DNA of 64,000 bases from an uncultured delta proteobacterium (GCA_963743305.1 CAVUPH010000015.1:32001-96000); one strand, 5' to 3'; shown: positions 1-9,506, counted from the stretch's first letter. The notes: a model not told the origin generated them from the sequence alone. Made by a program: numbers and translations.

Positions 1-1
1 C

Positions 2-340
2 CCGGAACAAAACCGGGTCGAAGCGGAGAAAGAGGTGGAGGGCGGCCGACGGGAAAAGTGGCGGCTGCTGCTCCCGGCGGTATTGACGATTCAAAGCGGA
101 ATCAACAAGCCCCGCTATCCATCACTCTCCCATGTACTTCGAGCCCGAAAGCAGGCCCTGGAAATCATTTCCGCCGCCTCCCTCCCGAACGACGAACCCC
201 GGCAGTCCCTGGTGCGTTTTGTCCTCCCCGAAAAAGTCCGCACCGGCCGGGTGCTTACCGGGACTTCTAAAGAAAAGGCCGGAAGACTCACCGGGATCTT
301 GGGCGACAAAAGGCCTCCTGACCTAAATGGCCCCCCTTGA
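2..340 (+). CDS. etfB: Electron transfer flavoprotein beta subunit, C-terminal part (5' truncated by window edge)
   Basis: Open frame from nt 2 (…VEAEKEVEGG…LPAVLTIQSGINKPRYPSL) matches the EtfB C-terminus; overlaps the etfA start. Confidence 0.85.
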   Translation, partial: PEQNRVEAEKEVEGGRREKWRLLLPAVLTIQSGINKPRYPSLSHVLRARKQALEIISAASLPNDEPRQSLVRFVLPEKVRTGRVLTGTSKEKAGRLTGILGDKRPPDLNGPP

Positions 341-1355
341 GCCCACACTCTTCGTCCTGGGGGACCACGACCAGGGTCAGATCAGCCCGTCCACCTGGGA
401 GGGACTGGGCCTCGCCGAGGAAATTCGGCGCCACCAGCCCGCCCCGGTCACAATTATCCTGATGGGCGACGCCGTGGAGGAACCCGCGGCCCGGGCGGCC
501 AAGGAGGCCCGGGTGGATGTCCTGGCCGTCAAGGTCCCCGGTCTGAAAAGCTTGCCGGGAGAAATCGCCCTGCAGGTCTTGCAGAAATTATTTTTCGAAT
601 CCCCGCCGGTTTGCCTGATCCTGCCCCAAAATTCCCGCAGTGGGGAACTCGCCCCCCGAATCGCCCTGCGCCTGGGGTTGGCCTGCATTCCCGGGGTGAC
701 CAAAATCCTTCAGGAAGACAATCGTCTTCTTTTCAGGCGGTCCCTCTTCCAGGGTAAGCTCCTGGCCGACCTGGCCGTGGAAACCCGGGGGGTGGTCCTG
801 ACCTTCGAATCCGGCTATTTCAAATTTTCAGGATCGCCCCTTCAGGAAAACGGATTTTGGGAGCTGAAAACCCTGTCCGCTTCCGAATCCCGGGCTGAAC
901 TGCTGGGAATTACACCGGCCGTGGAAATCGAAGCGGCCCTGCGCGAGGCGGAGGTGATCGTGGCCGCCGGCCGGGGCATCGGTTCGGAAGAAACCCTCGA
1001 CCTGATCCATCGCCTGGCGGCCCTGTTTCCCCGATCGTCCGTGGCCGGATCCCGTCCCGTATGCGACCTGGGCTGGTTGCCCTACAATCGACAGGTGGGC
1101 CAGACCGGGTCCACCGTCCGCCCCCGGCTATATTTGGCCTGCGGCATTTCCGGCGCCTATCAGCACATTGCCGGCATGAAGGATTCCGGTTTCATCGTCT
1201 CCATTAACCGGGATCCCCAGGCGGCCATCGGCCAATGGTCGGACTTGCGCGTTGAGGAGGATTTAAAAATTTTTTTACCTCTGCTCATCGATGCGGTGCT
1301 AAGATATCGGGAAGGCCGGGGTTGTTCGGAAGAAGGTAACGGGAGGCTGAAGTGA
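327..1355 (+). CDS. etfA: Electron transfer flavoprotein alpha subunit
   Basis: AAGRGIG, GSRP, QVGQTG, LYLACGISGAYQH FAD-binding motifs. Confidence 0.95.
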   Translation: MAPLEPTLFVLGDHDQGQISPSTWEGLGLAEEIRRHQPAPVTIILMGDAVEEPAARAAKEARVDVLAVKVPGLKSLPGEIALQVLQKLFFESPPVCLILPQNSRSGELAPRIALRLGLACIPGVTKILQEDNRLLFRRSLFQGKLLADLAVETRGVVLTFESGYFKFSGSPLQENGFWELKTLSASESRAELLGITPAVEIEAALREAEVIVAAGRGIGSEETLDLIHRLAALFPRSSVAGSRPVCDLGWLPYNRQVGQTGSTVRPRLYLACGISGAYQHIAGMKDSGFIVSINRDPQAAIGQWSDLRVEEDLKIFLPLLIDAVLRYREGRGCSEEGNGRLK

Positions 1356-2041
1356 AAAATACGAAACCGCTTTCCGGAGACCGGATCAAAGGATTGATCG
1401 ACGACTTCATCGCCACGTCTCCCGTCAATAGTATGGGAACCAAAACCGGGGAGCCGGCCTGGGAGGACGCCTTGGTGGGCTTTGCCTCCGGCGCGGACCC
1501 GATTTGGCAGCAATACCAGGAGTACATCGGTCCCTTCCACTGGACCCCCTGGGAGGTCTTTTCCCAAAACCACCCGGAGGAAACCGCGCGCCCGGAGGAA
1601 CTGACCGTGGTTTCGTGGGTCTTGCCTCAACGTCAGGTGGTGCGCCGGGCCAATCGCCGGGCCAAGAAGTATCCCGCCGAGGAATGGGCCCGGATCAGAG
1701 TCTATGGGGAGGAGTTCAATGTGGCTTGGCGTCGCCACCTGGTCCAGCGCCTTGAACAGGCCGGCCACGCGGCCGTCGCCCCCATGCTGGTTCCCAATTG
1801 GGCCATCGTCAAGTCGCAACGGTTTTCCTATGCCTCATTTTGGATTGATGGATCCGGATGCCCTGGGAGCGGAGGCGGCGGCTCTGCAACGCGCCCGACT
1901 GCATATCCGTGGGGGGCGGAGGAGACTTCGCCAGGGGAAGATATCCGCCGGGCTGGGTACGCTCTACGACGCCCTCCTTTCCGCCCTGGAGTGGTATGTG
2001 GCCTCTCCCGATCGTCGAGAAAACTTACCGATTCAGGGTGA
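1352..2041 (+). pseudogene. QueG/epoxyqueuosine-reductase-like Fe-S protein, N-terminal half only (homology ends ~1842)
   Basis: LVGFASGADP, LTVVSWVLP, YPAEEWAR, YASFW fit the family; the expected downstream SERHAA..AGLGTFG segment and Cys cluster motifs are missing and the frame runs into unrelated sequence. Confidence 0.6.
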
Positions 2042-2273
2042 AAATAATCTCGGAGATGATCGGACAGTGTTCGGCCTGCTGGTCAAAGCCGGGGTGATCG
2101 ACGCCCGGTTCGATTATTCAGCCTTTAAACATCTCCTGGACACGGCGCCTCCCGAGTCTTCCACCTATGATTATGCGGAAGTCCTGAATCAAGTGGAGTC
2201 GGTCATGACCCGGATCGGGGTTATGCCCTTCGAAGAGAGCGGGTTGCCCCCCGAGGACCCCTCCACCTATTGA
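1830..2273 (+). CDS. Hypothetical protein (147 aa, MPHFGLMD…)
   Basis: ATG at 1830 inside ORF 1704..2273; protein-like helical composition; ends before the riboswitch promoter. Confidence 0.7.
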   Translation: MPHFGLMDPDALGAEAAALQRARLHIRGGRRRLRQGKISAGLGTLYDALLSALEWYVASPDRRENLPIQGENNLGDDRTVFGLLVKAGVIDARFDYSAFKHLLDTAPPESSTYDYAEVLNQVESVMTRIGVMPFEESGLPPEDPSTY

Positions 2274-2278
2274 TGGGC

Positions 2279-2307
2279 TTGCATTCCCATCATCCAGAGA
2301 TTATACT
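2279..2307 (+). promoter_or_regulatory. Sigma70-like promoter for the TPP riboswitch leader
   Basis: TTGCAT-17 nt-TATACT directly upstream of the aptamer. Confidence 0.6.
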
Positions 2308-2315
2308 GTTTTTGT

Positions 2316-2410
2316 AAAAAATCGGGGAGCTGGGAGGCGCCCGGCTGAGAAGGCCAACGAACCGTGGCCGACCCTTTAAACCTGCTCTGGGTAATGCCAG
2401 CGAAGGGAAC
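2316..2410 (+). ncRNA. TPP (THI-box) riboswitch aptamer
   Basis: GGGGAGC…GCTGAGA…GACCCTTTAAACCTGCTCTGGGTAATGCCAGCGAAGGGAA; upstream of thiM/thiW. Confidence 0.93.
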
Positions 2411-2454
2411 GCAAAATAAAAGCCGGCCCTTCGTGGACCGGCTTTTATTTTGCG
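2410..2454 (+). terminator. Riboswitch expression-platform terminator
   Basis: GCAAAATAAAAGCCGG-loop-CCGGCTTTTATTTTGC hairpin right after the aptamer. Confidence 0.75.
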
Positions 2455-2540
2455 AAATCCGGCTTAGCCGGAAAAACAACCCGGACCTCCTTTTTGATGC
2501 AGAACACGACCACTGAGACGGCCAGGGAGATTTCTAACCT

Positions 2541-3344
2541 GTGGATGGAATAAAAAATAAAATCTCGGTTCTTTTAGACCGGGTCCGAACCAGGAGACCG
2601 GTGGTTCATGCCATCACCAACTGGGTGACCGCGGGGGATGTGGCCAATGCCCTGCAAGCCCTGGGGGCGAGGCCGGTGCTGGCCTTTTCGACGTCCGAGG
2701 CGGCCGAGATCACCAACGAGGCCGACACGCTCTACCTGAACCTGGGAACCCCTACACCCGACCGGATTGCGGCCATGCTGCTCGCGGGACGCCGGGCCAA
2801 TGAAATCGGTCTGCCCGTGGTTTTTGATCCGGTGGGGGCCGGTGCTTCCACTTTTCGGAAGGATGCCTGCCGCCAAATCCTTTCAGAATTAACCCTGGCT
2901 ATTATCCGGGGAAATCCGGCCGAGATCGGCGCTCTGGCGGGACAAGGAGGCCAACTGCGGGGAATCGACAGCGTGTCCGGTCCGGAGGACATCCACGATG
3001 CGGTCCGGGTCCTTTCCGCGAGAACGGGGGCCGTGGTAATTGCCAGCGGAGAGCAGGACCTTATTTTCCATGAGAACCAAATGGTGATGGTCGGAAACGG
3101 CCATCCGCTGATGCTCCGGGTTACCGGTACCGGCTGTATGCTCTCGGCGGTCATTGCCGCCTTTGCCGCCGTGGGCCGCGCCCCCCTGGAAAGCGCCATC
3201 GCCGGGGTCTCCTGCTTCAAACTGGCCGGGGAACTGGCCGGGCAGACAGCCGCCGGTCCGGGGGCCTTTAGAATCGGTCTGATGGACTTTCTCTATGCGC
3301 TCACTCCGGACGATCTTCAAAGTTCCGCTGCCCTTCAAGGCTAA
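2541..3344 (+). CDS. thiM: Hydroxyethylthiazole kinase
   Basis: VHAITNWVT, LNLGT, VFDPVGAGAS, IRGNPAEI, VTGTGCMLS; follows TPP riboswitch. Confidence 0.95.
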   Translation: MDGIKNKISVLLDRVRTRRPVVHAITNWVTAGDVANALQALGARPVLAFSTSEAAEITNEADTLYLNLGTPTPDRIAAMLLAGRRANEIGLPVVFDPVGAGASTFRKDACRQILSELTLAIIRGNPAEIGALAGQGGQLRGIDSVSGPEDIHDAVRVLSARTGAVVIASGEQDLIFHENQMVMVGNGHPLMLRVTGTGCMLSAVIAAFAAVGRAPLESAIAGVSCFKLAGELAGQTAAGPGAFRIGLMDFLYALTPDDLQSSAALQG

Positions 3345-3347
3345 TAA

Positions 3348-3863
3348 ATGGAACCAACCGGCACCAACTCTCGTACTGTGGCCCGAGCGATCATTCTGGT
3401 AGCCATTGGGGTGGCCCTTTCCCCTTTCACCAGTATTCCCATAGGCATCGCCAAAATCAATCCGACCCAGCATTTCGTGAACGTGGTGGCCGCCGTTTTG
3501 CTGGGACCCTGGTGGGCCGCCGGTGTCGCCGGGATCATTGGCCTGCTCCGAAACGCCCTGGGTACCGGGACGCTGCTGGCCTTTCCCGGCGGGATGATCG
3601 GCGCCTTTCTGGCGGGGATCCTTTTTCAGTTAACCCGGAATATCTATATCGGGGCCTTGGGCGAGGTTCTCGGGACGGGAGTGCTGGGGGCCCTGGCCAG
3701 CGCCCTGATCGTAGCCCCGGCCCTGATGGGCAAATCCATGGCCTTGGGGGCCTTGATTATCGCCTTTTCGGGCAGCACCGTCGTCGGGGCCTTTTTAGGG
3801 ATCCTGGGGTTGAAGCTCTTGGAAAAAGCGGGTTACGCGACGATCAACAAGCGGAAAATTTGA
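3348..3863 (+). CDS. thiW: ECF transporter S component ThiW (thiazole precursor uptake)
   Basis: PTQHFVNV..AVLLGPW, LRNALGTGTLLAFPGGMIGA, GEVLGTG signature. Confidence 0.92.
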   Translation: MEPTGTNSRTVARAIILVAIGVALSPFTSIPIGIAKINPTQHFVNVVAAVLLGPWWAAGVAGIIGLLRNALGTGTLLAFPGGMIGAFLAGILFQLTRNIYIGALGEVLGTGVLGALASALIVAPALMGKSMALGALIIAFSGSTVVGAFLGILGLKLLEKAGYATINKRKI

Positions 3864-3889
3864 TGGGTTCGCAATAGAGTCCCCCGAGC

Positions 3890-3924
3890 TGTCATTGCGA
3901 GGAGCGAAGCGACGAAGCAATCCC
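3890..3924. repeat. Half copy of palindromic repeat family A (GTCATTGCGAG…GAAGCAATC)
   Basis: TGTCATTGCGAGGAGCGAAGCGACGAAGCAATCCC, same arm as copies at 6336, 36145, 39140, 41487, 61391. Confidence 0.8.
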
Positions 3925-3966
3925 TAAGAATAAGTAGGAATTTAACCTGAGAAAGGGCTATTTACG

Positions 3967-5604
3967 TTGGTTCTGGCTTTCGAAAACGTCTCTTATCGAT
4001 ACGACGGAATGGAGGACTGGGCGCTCCGCGAAGTCAACCTGACCGTAGCGGAAGGGGAATATGTGCTGGTAGCCGGGGCCAGCGGCAGCGGCAAATCCAC
4101 CTTCTGCCGGCTGGCCACCGGACTGGCCCCCCATTTTCACGGAGGCGACCTGAAAGGCCGGGTGCTGGTCGATGGGCTGGACACCCGGGAAGTTCCGGTC
4201 AGCCGACTTTTCGGTCACGTGGGCCTGGTCTTTCAAAACACCGATGCTCAGTTGTTCAACCGGACGGTGCAGGAGGAACTGGGGTTCGGCCTGGAAGGAC
4301 TCGGGCTGGAACCCCAAGAGATTGAAAAAAGGCTGGAATGGGTGAGCGGGGTGCTGAAACTCGGCGGCCTCTTAGAACGCTCCCCCCACCAACTTTCCGG
4401 AGGCGAAAAACAGCGGGTGATACTGGGGGCCATTCTGGCCCTTCGTCCCCGCCTGCTGCTGTTGGATGAACCTTTTGCCCATCTCGATCCGGAAGGCAGC
4501 GAAGGGCTCCGATCGCTACTTAAAACCCTGCGCGGCGAAGGGCCGGCCGTGATGGTGGTCGAACACCGCCTCCAGGAAGTGGTGGCGGATGTGGACCGGC
4601 TGGTACTCTTTCATCAGGGCCGCCTGACCGCAGACGGTCCACCGCGGCAAGTATTGGAACAGGAGCTGACAGGTTATGGGCTGAACCTTCCTCCGCTGGT
4701 TGGTCTTTTTCGCGCTTGGGGGCTGGACGGTCCTCCCCCACTTACCCCTCGGGAGGCTATACAACTTCTCGCTTCCGGACCTCCCCGGCGGTTTTCCACA
4801 TCCGGAATAAATAACTCTCGGGACGGAGTACCTCCTTTTTCCCATAATCAGGAGGCCGTCCCGGTGGTGGAAATCCAGGATCTCCGGTTCGGTTACCCCG
4901 ACCAGGAAATCCTGGAAGGGGTTGAATTTCACCTTCGGCCGGGAGAATGCGTAGCGATTCTCGGCCGGAACGGCGCCGGTAAGACCACGCTGATCAAGCA
5001 CCTGAACGGACTACTGCAGCCCTCCCGCGGCACGATACTGGTCTTGGGCCGGGACACCCGGGTGACCAAAACCCACGAACTGGCGCGTAGGGTGGGCTTC
5101 GCCTGGCAAAATCCGAACGACCAGCTTTTTCAAACCTCGGTGCGGGAGGAAGTGCTGATCGGCCCGCGTATTCTGAAAGCCTATGATCCCCCCTGGTGCG
5201 AACGGCTTTTTAACCGGTTCGGACTAGCTCCCCTCTTGGAACGATCCCCCTTCCGGCTGAGCGAGGGAGAAAAAAAAAGAGTGGCTTTCGCCACGGCTCT
5301 GGCCGCCCGGCCGGAAATCGTCATTCTCGATGAACCGACCGCCGGTCAGGATGAGCCCTTTCGCCGGGAGCTGGGCGGACTGATTCGGGAGTTGCGGGAA
5401 GAAGGCAAAACCGTGCTGCTGGTGACCCACGACCTGGAATTCGCCGCGGAACAGGCCCCGCGCTGGCTGGTCTTGTCCGGAGGAAAAATCATAGCCGATG
5501 GGTCCCCCGAGACGATCATGGGCGACCGCCGGGCCATGACCGCAGCCGGTCTACGGCCCACACAGCGGTTTGAATTGGCTCAGTTGTTGGGAAACGTGGC
5601 ATGA
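3967..5604 (+). CDS. ECF transporter ATPase with two fused ABC domains (A-A')
   Basis: Two Walker A (GASGSGKS, GRNGAGKT), LSGGEKQR/LSEGEKKR signatures, two LDEP Walker B motifs. Confidence 0.92.
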   Translation: MVLAFENVSYRYDGMEDWALREVNLTVAEGEYVLVAGASGSGKSTFCRLATGLAPHFHGGDLKGRVLVDGLDTREVPVSRLFGHVGLVFQNTDAQLFNRTVQEELGFGLEGLGLEPQEIEKRLEWVSGVLKLGGLLERSPHQLSGGEKQRVILGAILALRPRLLLLDEPFAHLDPEGSEGLRSLLKTLRGEGPAVMVVEHRLQEVVADVDRLVLFHQGRLTADGPPRQVLEQELTGYGLNLPPLVGLFRAWGLDGPPPLTPREAIQLLASGPPRRFSTSGINNSRDGVPPFSHNQEAVPVVEIQDLRFGYPDQEILEGVEFHLRPGECVAILGRNGAGKTTLIKHLNGLLQPSRGTILVLGRDTRVTKTHELARRVGFAWQNPNDQLFQTSVREEVLIGPRILKAYDPPWCERLFNRFGLAPLLERSPFRLSEGEKKRVAFATALAARPEIVILDEPTAGQDEPFRRELGGLIRELREEGKTVLLVTHDLEFAAEQAPRWLVLSGGKIIADGSPETIMGDRRAMTAAGLRPTQRFELAQLLGNVA

Positions 5605-6272
5605 AATCATCGATTCTCGATCCCCGCGCCAAGCTGGTCCTGGCCTTCACCGCCGCCGTGATCTTGGTGTCGCTCGATCAATGGCTGAACCTGCTGGTTG
5701 CCGCCGCCGTAATCTGGGGGATGACTCTCCCCCTGAACCTGGTGCCCACCTGGTTCAAATTTTTCAGGGGTTTGGGCCCGGCGGTCCTTGGTTTCTTCGC
5801 CATCGCCTGGCTGGCCTTCGATCTTCCCACGGCCCTGATATCCGGCCTGCGTTTGTTGGCCCTCGGCACGGTTTTCTTTCTTTTTTTTCAGACTACTTCC
5901 CCTAAAAACCTTTCCCAAGCCTTGGTCCGGATGGGGCTGCCCTATGCATTCAGTTTTGTGCTGACCGTCTCCATGGAATTCATCCCGGTCCTAACCCGAC
6001 GGGCGGCCAACATCCGGGACGCGCAACGGGCCCGGGGGATCCCCCTTCAGGGCGGCCTGCGAACACTCCGTTACTTGCCGGCCCTGTTGGGGCCTTTGCT
6101 GATTCAATCCTTTAAACTGGCGGACGAAATGGCCGAAGCCCTGGAGGCCCGGGGCTTTGGAGCCGCTGCCCGCGGCACCCGTCAGGAATTACCCCTGCGG
6201 GCGTTTGATTGGGGGATCATCTCCTTAAGCCTTCTAGGCATTGCCGCCTTACTATTTTTCAGATATAGCTGA
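5601..6272 (+). CDS. ecfT: ECF transporter T component
   Basis: LDPRAKL N-terminus; AQRARG and ALEARGF conserved Arg motifs. Confidence 0.92.
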   Translation: MKSSILDPRAKLVLAFTAAVILVSLDQWLNLLVAAAVIWGMTLPLNLVPTWFKFFRGLGPAVLGFFAIAWLAFDLPTALISGLRLLALGTVFFLFFQTTSPKNLSQALVRMGLPYAFSFVLTVSMEFIPVLTRRAANIRDAQRARGIPLQGGLRTLRYLPALLGPLLIQSFKLADEMAEALEARGFGAAARGTRQELPLRAFDWGIISLSLLGIAALLFFRYS

Positions 6273-6335
6273 GAAATTTGCTTTCCTGCTTTTCTACTCG
6301 AATTATTTTTGATAAACTCAAAGTGTTCCCAGGGT

Positions 6336-6462
6336 TGTCATTGCGAGGAGTGGAGCGACGAAGCAATCCCCAATAATCAGCTACTTACCAAGGCGGGGAT
6401 TGCTTCCCCCGGATCAGGTCCGGGATCGTGATGACGGTTTTTTCGACTTTTTACGAAACCAT
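6336..6462. repeat. Palindromic repeat family A copy with outer GACTTTTTACGAAACCATC end
   Basis: GTCATTGCGAG…AAGCAATCCCC / GGGGATTGCTTC…GATGAC inverted arms. Confidence 0.8.
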
Positions 6463-6510
6463 CGTTAGTACCGCGTCATGCCCCATGGATTATCAGCAAG
6501 GATCAAAATT

Positions 6511-6849
6511 ATGAATACCAGAAACCTGTTGGACCCCATCACTCCTGGAGAAATTTTGAAGGAAGATTTCCTGGAGCCTTTGAAAATTAGCATCAACCAA
6601 CTGGCTCGAAACATTGGGGTACCCCCCAACCGTATCAGTGAAATCGTCAATGGGAAGCGAATGATTACGGCCGACACCGCCTTGCGGTTACAGCGTTTTT
6701 TCGGAGTGGAGGCCCAGTTCTGGCTCAACCTTCAAATGGAGTATGACCTTCGAATAGCCAAACGGCAACGATGGACGGATATAGAAAAACAAATAACACC
6801 CATTCAACCTGCGCTTAAAATCATTCCGGAAACCTCGAAATCAATCTAA
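6511..6849 (+). CDS. higA: HigA-family antitoxin (HTH-XRE), no adjacent toxin
   Basis: PITPGEILKEDFL, RISEIVNGKR.ITADTALRL, FWLNLQ..YDL. Confidence 0.92.
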   Translation: MNTRNLLDPITPGEILKEDFLEPLKISINQLARNIGVPPNRISEIVNGKRMITADTALRLQRFFGVEAQFWLNLQMEYDLRIAKRQRWTDIEKQITPIQPALKIIPETSKSI

Positions 6850-6920
6850 AAAACAGCGTTCTTGGATGATCGCTTCGATGGCTTTGTCATAGGCCACGGT
6901 ATAATCTCCCCCCTCTGCCA

Positions 6921-7862
6921 CTATTTTTTCTTACGAAAAACCAAAACGGAACTTTCTAGTTCGGGGGGAAGCACGAAGCCGCTCAGTCGCGGGTCCGCCT
7001 GCCACTCAAACCGCTGTTGGCTGGTGTAGACTTCCCAGTTGCCGCCGGCAAATCGGTAACGGCTACCGATGACCACATAGAGATCGACGCTGGGGGTTGA
7101 AAAAACCTCCTTTTCAAAGAGGTTCCCCGGAGGCGGCCAGGAGCAGAGAACAACTTGGGGCATATATTTCTCCAGGGCCTCCTTGGCGCCCAGTTTTTCC
7201 ACCCGGTCCGGGTATTGGATGGCGTGCGTCCAACTGAAGTCGTCGGTGGCCGTGACCGGGACACCGGCCTCGGTCAACAACGCAGCCAGCGTGCCGTCTC
7301 CGGCGGCGATCTCCAGGCAGGAACGACGGTCGATCAGGCCGGCCAAGGCCTCAATCAGAGCGGTTGAGTAGAAGCAGTAAATACCCCGGGACTGCACCAG
7401 CGGCATCAGGAAGCGCTTCTGAGAGATCAGCGGCCACCAGAACCTGAACCAGCCCAGGGAAACCGGTTTGCGTTCCAGTCCTTTCCGGAAAAGAAGGCGT
7501 TGAATGATCAATCCGTTGATCAGGTTGAAGCGAATCTTCCCCGCGGCCTTTCCGCTGGCGGCAGCCAGGTAGCACTTTTCCAGCCCCTGCAGGAGCATTC
7601 GGCTTTTAATCAGGTGCGGCAAAGCGCCGGCGATAACCTGGGGATTCTGACCACTCTTTTCGATGCGCCGGGACCAGAGATCCAGGTCCGACCGGGCTGT
7701 CGTGGCGGCCTCCTCCGTAGTCAGCGCCTTGGCGTTTTTTAACGCGGCCACTAGTCTTGCCCCCGCCTCTTCCCATTCGCCGGGATGGCGGTCCATGAGT
7801 TCCTGAAGGGGAGGATTGCTGTTCAACCACCTCAGAGTGGCCTTCGCCTCGGAGTGCTTCAT
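6921..7862 (-). CDS. Putative class I SAM-dependent methyltransferase
   Basis: CLEIAAGDGTL motif I, ATDD, VLCSWPP; long helical N-terminal region. Confidence 0.7.
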   Translation of the reverse strand: MKHSEAKATLRWLNSNPPLQELMDRHPGEWEEAGARLVAALKNAKALTTEEAATTARSDLDLWSRRIEKSGQNPQVIAGALPHLIKSRMLLQGLEKCYLAAASGKAAGKIRFNLINGLIIQRLLFRKGLERKPVSLGWFRFWWPLISQKRFLMPLVQSRGIYCFYSTALIEALAGLIDRRSCLEIAAGDGTLAALLTEAGVPVTATDDFSWTHAIQYPDRVEKLGAKEALEKYMPQVVLCSWPPPGNLFEKEVFSTPSVDLYVVIGSRYRFAGGNWEVYTSQQRFEWQADPRLSGFVLPPELESSVLVFRKKK

Positions 7863-7995
7863 CGATTCCCTTTTTTCAAAAGCCGCCGGTCAAACTCAAG
7901 ATCTTTGACTTCTAAAGTTGATTTAAATTGACTCCGAGCGGTTGACAGCCCTACCATAGGTAATACGACATCAAGGTGACCAGGATAAGCGAGGA

Positions 7996-8334
7996 ATGAT
8001 GCAACTTTTAATCAAAGTTTCGCTCAGCGTGGCTATTATTCTCCTGGCCACCTTTACCGCCAAGCGATTCCCCTCCATTGCCGGTTTAATTGGTGTCATG
8101 CCTTTGACCGGTGCCTTGGTTTTGGGTTGGGTGTATTTGGAAAACCATGGCGACCCAAAGATCATGACGGCTTTTACCAAGGGGGCCGTCTGGGGCATGT
8201 TGCCCAGCATCTTGTTTTACCTCGTCGCCTTTTTTGGCCTTAAAAAGGAATTTTCTCTGACGACCATTCTCGTGTCGAGCTTCGCGGCCTGGTTCTTGGC
8301 CGCCTTGGTTCACCACTGGGCCTTGAAATATTAA
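7996..8334 (+). CDS. Small membrane protein, DUF3147/GlpM-like
   Basis: ~4 hydrophobic segments; AKRFPSIAGLIGVMPL pattern; GAGG RBS. Confidence 0.7.
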   Translation: MMQLLIKVSLSVAIILLATFTAKRFPSIAGLIGVMPLTGALVLGWVYLENHGDPKIMTAFTKGAVWGMLPSILFYLVAFFGLKKEFSLTTILVSSFAAWFLAALVHHWALKY

Positions 8335-8363
8335 GGATCTTATTTCAAAAATGACTTGCGAAG

Positions 8364-8450
8364 TCCAGATTCCGGCTTTCGCCGACATGACGACAAAAAC
8401 CCGCAGCCCAGGCCGCAAGTCGTCATCCCGGCAAAAGCCCGGGTTCAGGG
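8364..8450. repeat. Degenerate palindromic repeat (GTCATCCCGGC…/GATTCCGGC..GCCG..ATGAC type)
   Basis: Two short GC hairpin arms between convergent genes; a similar arm occurs at 61290. Confidence 0.5.
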
Positions 8451-8585
8451 TCAATCTGTGGACAGGCAGAAAAGTGTTTTACTATTAGACCGTTAATAAT
8501 CGACCTCGGAACCCTCCGAAAAGGATCGCGTAACCATTATAGAGAAATCGAGCCTGACTCCGTCTCCAATGGCCCATTCCAGCGG

Positions 8586-9506
8586 TTAATAGTTCACCAT
8601 TCCCAGACCTTTCAATCCCAGTATCCCCCTGGCTTCATCCGGAGTAGCCGGTTCGATCCCCAGTTCACGGGCGATGCGAATGATCTTGGCAACTTGTTCC
8701 GCGCTGCTTTTGGCCAGGACCCCCTTTTCAAGAAACAGACTGTCCTCAAGACCCACCCGGGCATGCCCTCCAAGGATTAGGGAACCCGTACACATCGGGA
8801 TCTGATATCGCCCCGCGGCGCAAACGGAGAATTCGAATTCCCCAAACTGTTTCCTGGCCGTATCAACCAGAAAAACGAGATTTTCCAAGGTGGCGGGAAT
8901 GCCGCCGAGTATCCCCATGACGAATTGAAGATATATGGGCCTTTGAGCGATTCCTTTCTGAATCAGGAAGGAAAGATTATTAATCATCCCGACATCGTAG
9001 ATTTCGAATTCCGGTTTGGCTCCGTGGTCATAAATGATTTCCAGAAACTGACGCATGGTCCTGAAGGTATTCGGGAAGATGAAATCCTCGGTGCTCTCCA
9101 AATAGGGCTCTTCCCAATTGAATTTCCATTCTTTTATATTGCTCCTAATATGAAAAAGGGCAAAATTCAATGACCCGGCATTTAGAGAAGTCAATTCAGG
9201 TCGAAGATTGGAAGCTACTCGAACCCTGTTCTCTACAGGTTCGCCGAGTTTCCCCCCGGTGGTAAAGCACAGAATGAGATTGCAGCGTTTCTTAACCTCT
9301 TGGGCTACCTGACGGTAAATATTTTGGTCGGCGTTCGGGACCCCGGTTAAGGGGTCACGGACATGGATGTGAACGACCGCCCCCCCCGCCTCGTAGACAC
9401 GAATGGCCTCCTCTATGAGCTGTTCAGGCGTTAAGGGGAGGAAAGGCGACATACTCGGTGTGTGGATGGCACCGGTTAAGGCGGCCGTGAAAATTCTTTT
9501 GTTCAT
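8586..9506 (-). CDS. Beta-keto acid cleavage enzyme (BKACE/DUF849, Kce family)
   Basis: TAALTGAIHTPSMSP, VHIHVRD Zn ligands, SLNAGS, KPEFEIYD, HARVGLED. Confidence 0.93.
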   Translation of the reverse strand: MNKRIFTAALTGAIHTPSMSPFLPLTPEQLIEEAIRVYEAGGAVVHIHVRDPLTGVPNADQNIYRQVAQEVKKRCNLILCFTTGGKLGEPVENRVRVASNLRPELTSLNAGSLNFALFHIRSNIKEWKFNWEEPYLESTEDFIFPNTFRTMRQFLEIIYDHGAKPEFEIYDVGMINNLSFLIQKGIAQRPIYLQFVMGILGGIPATLENLVFLVDTARKQFGEFEFSVCAAGRYQIPMCTGSLILGGHARVGLEDSLFLEKGVLAKSSAEQVAKIIRIARELGIEPATPDEARGILGLKGLGMVNY

